NCBI GenBank assembly: GCA_013140805.1
Contig: JABFRW010000055.1
Span: forward strand, 4,102 to 68,101
DNA from: Candidatus Eiseniibacteriota bacterium
GTDB lineage: Bacteria; Eisenbacteria; RBG-16-71-46
Direction of reading: 5' to 3'
Length of the DNA stretch: 64,000 bases
Shown: positions 59,388 to 64,000 of the stretch, piece by piece
Layout of the letters: each line of letters begins with the position of its first letter
Numbering within the stretch: the first letter of the stretch is position 1
The notes under the pieces: generated by a model
Told to the model about the DNA's origin: nothing
The model's database searches: none
The model's input: the letters and a program-made list of their open reading frames with translations, nothing else
Translations under genes and position numbers: made by a program

Positions 59388-59962
59388 TGCACAAGGGCCG
59401 CCTCGAAGCGTTCAGCGACGGAGTGATCGCGATCATCATCACGATCATGGTGCTCGAGCTCAAGGTCCCGCACGTCCCGCACTTTCGCGCGATCGGCGAG
59501 TTGTGGCCGGTGCTGTTGAGCTATGTGCTGAGCTTCGTGAACGTCGGCATCTACTGGAACAACCATCACCACCTCATGCAGGCGGTGAAGCACGTCGACG
59601 GCCGCATCCTGTGGGCGAACATGCACCTGCTGTTCTGGCTCTCGCTGATGCCGTTCACCACCGCGTGGATGGGCGAGAACCACTTCGCGCTCGATCCGGT
59701 GGCGCTCTATGGCGTGGTGCTCGCGATGTCGGGGGTCGCCTACTACCTCCTGGTGCGCGCGCTGCTCACCCGTCACGGCGGCGACTCGCACCTGGCGCGG
59801 GCGATCGGCCGCGACTTCAAGGGCAAGATCTCGGTGGCCATCTATCTGGTCGCGATCCCGGCGGCATGGATCAAGCCGTGGATCGCGCTGTCGCTCTACG
59901 CGCTGGTGGCGGTCATGTGGCTGGTGCCCGACAAGCGGATCGAGCGCCTGCAGATCGACTGA
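59387..59962 (+). CDS. TMEM175/DUF1211-family membrane protein (putative K+ channel)
   Basis: MHKGRLEAFSDGVIAIIITIMVLEL... (the FSDGV signature of TMEM175) with six TM helices. Start overlaps the upstream stop (TGATG). Confidence 0.75.
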   Translation: MHKGRLEAFSDGVIAIIITIMVLELKVPHVPHFRAIGELWPVLLSYVLSFVNVGIYWNNHHHLMQAVKHVDGRILWANMHLLFWLSLMPFTTAWMGENHFALDPVALYGVVLAMSGVAYYLLVRALLTRHGGDSHLARAIGRDFKGKISVAIYLVAIPAAWIKPWIALSLYALVAVMWLVPDKRIERLQID

Positions 59963-59972
59963 GGGCGCCGGC

Positions 59973-61022
59973 TCAGCGCAGCAGTGCAGCCGCTGCATCC
60001 TCCGCTGCGTACTCGGCGCGCAGCGCGTCATCGGCTCGAAGCGGATTCGCGAGTTCCCATTCGGCCGTTCGACGTATGCCGTCTTCCCACCCGACCGGCT
60101 CGACGTATCCCAGTTCGCGGCGAATCCGCGAGCCGTCGACCGAGATGTCATGGCTGGCGTCGCCATCGAATCGAAGGTGCTCGGGAAGTGCTGCGGCCTC
60201 CGCCTCGACCACTCGCCCCGACCACCCGAGCACGCGTCCGATGCTCGTCACCCACGTCGCTTCGCTCGTGGTCTCGGCTTCCGCCACGTTGTAGGTGCGA
60301 CCCGCCGCTCGCTCGTGCGTCGCCGCGAGCGCGATCGCGTGCGCGACGTTCTCCACATAAGCGCGAGTCCATCGCCACCTCGCGAGTGCGCGATCCATGA
60401 GCAGCAGCGGGCGCCGATCGGCCATCGGCCGCACGTAGCTGAACAGCCGGCGTTGCGCATCCCCCGGACCATAGACGCGAGGCAGCCGCACCACGGCCGC
60501 TTCGAGCTCGGGCCGCGAGAACGCGACTCGCTCGACCGGTATCTTGTCGTAGTCGTCACGCCAGTGCTGTGGGTCATCCGCCGCGCGCGGCGATTCGCCA
60601 CGATACGGATAGAGCCGCTCACGCAGGGGCGAGTCCTCGGTGATCGGCAGTGATCCAGGCGGCCCGCTCTCGACGCCGAGGACCTGACCGAACGCGCGGT
60701 AGACGTCCATGCTGCTGACCAGCACCAGGCGCCGCGCGTGCCCTGCGAACGCGTCGATGACGATTTCGGCGTCGCGCTCGAGCATCAGGATCATGTCGAC
60801 CACGACATCGGGCGCGAACGCGCGGATCTGCGGCAATGCCGCGAGCAGTCCCGCCCGACCGGCGCGGCTCGTATCCGCGCACTCGATGCCGTGCACGCCC
60901 GCGGGCAGCACGTCGGGATGATTGCCGCGATGCAGCACCGCGACTTCGTGGCCGCCGCCGACCAGTGCCTTGACCACGTGCGGCCCGATGAAGCCGGTCC
61001 CGCCGACGACCAGCACTCGCAC
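59973..61022 (-). CDS. NAD-dependent epimerase/dehydratase (extended SDR) family protein
   Basis: VRVLVVGGTGFIGPHVVKAL (Rossmann GxxGxxG). GTG at 61022, 4 nt past the PuuD stop. Confidence 0.8.
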   Translation of the reverse strand: MRVLVVGGTGFIGPHVVKALVGGGHEVAVLHRGNHPDVLPAGVHGIECADTSRAGRAGLLAALPQIRAFAPDVVVDMILMLERDAEIVIDAFAGHARRLVLVSSMDVYRAFGQVLGVESGPPGSLPITEDSPLRERLYPYRGESPRAADDPQHWRDDYDKIPVERVAFSRPELEAAVVRLPRVYGPGDAQRRLFSYVRPMADRRPLLLMDRALARWRWTRAYVENVAHAIALAATHERAAGRTYNVAEAETTSEATWVTSIGRVLGWSGRVVEAEAAALPEHLRFDGDASHDISVDGSRIRRELGYVEPVGWEDGIRRTAEWELANPLRADDALRAEYAAEDAAAALLR

Positions 61023-61026
61023 GCGA

Positions 61027-62208
61027 CTACTCCCCGTGCGCGCCGTGGGCGATCCAGCGCGCGAGCAGGTCACGCTCTTGCGGCGTCATGCCGGTCTGGT
61101 TCGCGAGCGGCATGGTCTGCGTCTCGACGGCGCGCACGCGAATACGTTCCGCGAACTTCACGATGCTCGCGGGGTCGTCGAAGCTCACGCCGCCGGGCGC
61201 GGGCCCGAACGTAGGCTCGACCGGATTCGACGAGTGGCAATAGACGCAGCGCGAATGCACCACGTTCTTCACCTCGGAGAAGCTCGGCGGGGCACCACTC
61301 GCCCGGGCACCGCGTGCGCGCGCCGGTGGCGCCGTCATCACCAGCACGATGCCGAGCGAGACCGCGGTCGACGCCATCGCCCATGCGCGAGTGGCACGGC
61401 TGCCGATCATCAGATGCCGCACCGACGCCCCGAACACGATCAGAAGGCACAGCACCACCCAGTTGAGCGCGTGGCCGTAGGTGCCGGCAAAGTGATTGCT
61501 CAACATGATGAACAGCACCGGAAACGTCATGTAGCTGTTGTGGACGGAACGGCGTTTGGCGGCCCTCGAGTGTTCCTGATCGGCGGGCCGTCCGGCCCGG
61601 GTGGCCTCGAGCATCGCGGTCTGCGAAGGCAGGATCACGCCCCACACGTTCGCCACCATGATCGAGCCCATCAGCGCACCGACGTGCAGGAACGCCGCGC
61701 GACCGCTCAGCAGATGGCACATCGCGTAGGTCACGCCGCCGAGCAGCGCGAACGAGATCGCCGTTGCCGGCCAGCCGATGCGCCCGAGCGGCGAGCGCCA
61801 CAGCAGGTCGTAGACGAACCAGCCGCCGATCAGCGTCGCGACACCGATGATCACACCGGTGCGCGCGTCAATCCCCGAGACGCGAGGATCGAGCAGATAC
61901 ACACCGCCGGTCAGGTAGTAGACGACAATCAGCAGCGCCACACCCGTCATCCAGGTGATCGCGGCTTCCCACTTGAACCAGTGCAGCACCGGCGGAATCT
62001 CATTCGGGCCGAGACGCCGTCGCTCCACGTGATAGAAGCCGCCGCTGTGCACCATCCAGATTTCGCCCTCGACGCCCTCGCGAGGTTCGGCGGGTTTCTC
62101 GAGCGAGCCGTCGAGCCAGATGAAGTAGAACGAGCTGCCGATCCATGCGATTCCGGCGATCAGATGGGACCAGCGCAGCAGCAGATTGAGCCAGTCGTAC
62201 GGAGTCAC
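61027..62208 (-). CDS. puuD: Urate hydroxylase PuuD (membrane DUF989 domain + cytochrome c)
   Basis: MTPYDWLNLLLRWSHLIAGIAWIGSSFYFIWLD... with multiple TM helices and a C-terminal heme site CVYCH. Confidence 0.8.
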   Translation of the reverse strand: MTPYDWLNLLLRWSHLIAGIAWIGSSFYFIWLDGSLEKPAEPREGVEGEIWMVHSGGFYHVERRRLGPNEIPPVLHWFKWEAAITWMTGVALLIVVYYLTGGVYLLDPRVSGIDARTGVIIGVATLIGGWFVYDLLWRSPLGRIGWPATAISFALLGGVTYAMCHLLSGRAAFLHVGALMGSIMVANVWGVILPSQTAMLEATRAGRPADQEHSRAAKRRSVHNSYMTFPVLFIMLSNHFAGTYGHALNWVVLCLLIVFGASVRHLMIGSRATRAWAMASTAVSLGIVLVMTAPPARARGARASGAPPSFSEVKNVVHSRCVYCHSSNPVEPTFGPAPGGVSFDDPASIVKFAERIRVRAVETQTMPLANQTGMTPQERDLLARWIAHGAHGE

Positions 62209-62209
62209 T

Positions 62210-62551
62210 TCAGCTGCCCCGATACGTCGAATAGCCGAACGGGCTCACCAGCAGCGGCACGTGATAGTGCTGATCGGCGTCGCGCACTTCGAACACGATC
62301 GGGATCTCGCTGTAGAACGACATCATGCCGAAGCTCCGAAAGTAGTCTCCGATCACGAACGTGATGCGCCAGCTGCCGGTCGCGGGGCGCTCGCCCTCGG
62401 TCAGCAGGTCCTTGAGTCGGCCGTCGGCATCGGTGGCGCCGCGAGCCGCTTCGATCCAGTCCCCGTCGCGGTACTTGTCGAGTCGTACCTGCAGGCCGGC
62501 CGCGGGGCGACCGAGCGCCAGGTCGAGCACATGGGTCGTGATCGCGCTCAT
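62210..62551 (-). CDS. 5-hydroxyisourate hydrolase (transthyretin-like)
   Basis: MSAITTHVLDLALGRPAAGLQVRL...YHVPLLVSPFGYSTYRGS, including the C-terminal YRGS signature that distinguishes HIUase from transthyretin. Confidence 0.9.
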   Translation of the reverse strand: MSAITTHVLDLALGRPAAGLQVRLDKYRDGDWIEAARGATDADGRLKDLLTEGERPATGSWRITFVIGDYFRSFGMMSFYSEIPIVFEVRDADQHYHVPLLVSPFGYSTYRGS

Positions 62552-63063
62552 GAGGTCCCCTTTTCGATCATTTTGTCGAGCCGCAGCCGCATGATCTTGC
62601 GCTGCTCTTCGATCGCGATCGTGAATTCTTCGCTCGCCGCGTTGCCGAGCCGCATGCTCAGCATCGAGAGCATCTCGTCGGCGCTGCGCCCGGTCGCGCA
62701 CACGATGAAAAGGTAGCCGAAGCGCTGTTCGTATTCACGGTTGCCCTGTGCAAGGGCGTGCAGCGTGGCTTCGCTGGCGGCCGCGGCTCCCGCCTGCTCG
62801 GCGCCCGCCCACACGGAGGTGGTTGCGAACTTCTCGCGCAGTGCCGCGACGTCTCCGATTCGCGGGTGGTGCGTGAACGCCTCACGCCAGTCGGTCGGCG
62901 TGAGCGAGTCGGAGGCTCGATCCGACGCTTCGTGGAGCGCCTCGAGGCTTCGAAACGGGCGACCCATGCACATCATGCGCACCCAGCGCCGCGCTCCGCA
63001 GCAGCGCTCGAACTGCGCCGCCAGCTCGGCCGGCGGCAGGGCACTCAACTGTTCGAGCGTCAT
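62548..63063 (-). CDS. 2-oxo-4-hydroxy-4-carboxy-5-ureidoimidazoline (OHCU) decarboxylase
   Basis: MTLEQLSALPPAELAAQFERCCGARRWV...FTHHPRIGD...RFGYLFIVCATGRSADEML matches the UraD/PucL family. 4-bp overlap with the HIUase start. Confidence 0.85.
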   Translation of the reverse strand: MTLEQLSALPPAELAAQFERCCGARRWVRMMCMGRPFRSLEALHEASDRASDSLTPTDWREAFTHHPRIGDVAALREKFATTSVWAGAEQAGAAAASEATLHALAQGNREYEQRFGYLFIVCATGRSADEMLSMLSMRLGNAASEEFTIAIEEQRKIMRLRLDKMIEKGTS

Positions 63064-64000
63064 GCCACCTCCTTGCGCCACCGGGTCAGCAGCTCGCTCG
63101 CGAACTCGAGCCCGGCCCACAGCTCATCCGGTTCGCTGAACTCGTCCGGCGAGTGGCTGATGCCACCGTGGCTCGGCACGAACAGCAGCAGCGCCGGAAT
63201 GCCGGCACGCGCGAACTCCATGGTGTCGTGCGCCGCGCCGCTCACCATGACGCGATGGCTCACCGCGCGCTCGGTCGCAAGCTGCCGAGCGGATGCGGCC
63301 AGCGAAAGCGACAACTCGGTCGGCGCCTGTTGAGTGAGGGTCTCGAGCGTCAGCGAGAGTCCGCGCCGCGCCGCGATCGCGCGCGCGCGACGCTCGAGTT
63401 CCGCCTGCAGGGCGTCGAGGCGGGACAGCTCGGAATGGCGCACCTCGAGCCACAGTTCGCACGCACCCGGCACCACGTTGTAGAGACCGGGCGAGACCCG
63501 CGCGTTGCCGGCAGTCGCGACTGCCGGCGCACCGGCGTCTCTGGCGAGCGACTCGGTCTCGAGCACCAGTTCGGCGGCGGCCGCGAGGGCGTCGCGCCTC
63601 AGAGACATCGGAGTGGTCCCAGAGTGGCGAGCGTCACCCTCGAATCGTGCGCGTACGCGTCGGTAGCCGGCGATCCGCTCGACGACGCCGAGCAGCTCCC
63701 CGCTGGTCTCGAGAACCGGGCCCTGCTCGATATGAAGCTCGAGCTGTGCGGCTGGCCTCACCAACGGCGGAAACGGGCGCGCCCCTTCGGCCAGTGCGAC
63801 CGCGCAGCCGACCTTGCGGGCGGCTTCGAGCGCCTGGCGCCAGCTCACTCCGTCGGCGTCTTTCACCACATCGAGGACCGAGTTCTCGATCTCGCCGAGC
63901 AGCGAGCGACCGCCGAGCATGTGTCCGTCGAGCCGGCTCTGCTCTTCTTCGCAGGTCACGAAGCCGATCACCGGAAGCCCCGCGCCGCCGCGATGTTCGG
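63060..64000 (-). CDS. Allantoate amidohydrolase (M20 family), partial; N-terminus beyond the window
   Basis: C-terminal region ...HIEQGPVLE...ARFEGDARHSGTTPM...GAAHDTMEFARAGIPALLLFVPSHGGISHSPDEFS matches AllC/M20 hydrolases. 4-bp overlap with the OHCU decarboxylase start. Confidence 0.8.
   Translation of the reverse strand, partial: EHRGGAGLPVIGFVTCEEEQSRLDGHMLGGRSLLGEIENSVLDVVKDADGVSWRQALEAARKVGCAVALAEGARPFPPLVRPAAQLELHIEQGPVLETSGELLGVVERIAGYRRVRARFEGDARHSGTTPMSLRRDALAAAAELVLETESLARDAGAPAVATAGNARVSPGLYNVVPGACELWLEVRHSELSRLDALQAELERRARAIAARRGLSLTLETLTQQAPTELSLSLAASARQLATERAVSHRVMVSGAAHDTMEFARAGIPALLLFVPSHGGISHSPDEFSEPDELWAGLEFASELLTRWRKEVA

Overview
High-GC (~68-70%) bacterial chromosome segment, probably from a T9SS-bearing lineage such as Gemmatimonadota; the C-terminal sorting domains on three secreted proteins suggest this, but I cannot confirm taxonomy from sequence alone. 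Nearly all genes lie on the minus strand, often joined by 4-bp GTGA/ATGA start-stop overlaps. All coordinates below follow the ORF-track frame; my manual line-indexing may be off by 1 nt in places.

Contents, left to right:
- A partial OPT-family transporter.
- Two paralogous FG-GAP beta-propeller proteins with T9SS C-terminal domains, flanking an ECF sigma / anti-sigma pair and a Tat-secreted intradiol dioxygenase.
- A long pyrimidine operon, pyrB-pyrC-carA-carB-(TPR lipoprotein)-pyrK-pyrD-pyrF, with a PyrR-binding RNA motif over the pyrB ribosome-binding site. pyrR itself sits about 6 kb upstream.
- Lrp + EamA exporter, mgtE, an orphan histidine kinase with a cupredoxin partner, and a PknK-like kinase/AAA/TPR regulator beside a repeat-rich lipoprotein.
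- An aminotransferase, glyS and glyQ.
- An ArsR / AHSA1 / DinB operon on the plus strand.
- A conserved phoH / 7TM-HD / ybeY ... recO block, interrupted by a T9SS cargo gene.
- An AI-2E transporter.
- A frameshifted biotin carboxylase+BCCP gene with an enoyl-CoA hydratase.
- A xanthine-dehydrogenase-family Mo/2Fe-2S/FAD operon.
- A lower-GC island with an orphan 627-aa secreted protein.
- A urate/ureide catabolic cluster (PuuD, HIU hydrolase, OHCU decarboxylase, allantoate amidohydrolase, ureidoglycine aminohydrolase), plus an unassigned DxED lyase-like protein and a TMEM175-like channel.

No rRNA, tRNA or CRISPR arrays were recognised.
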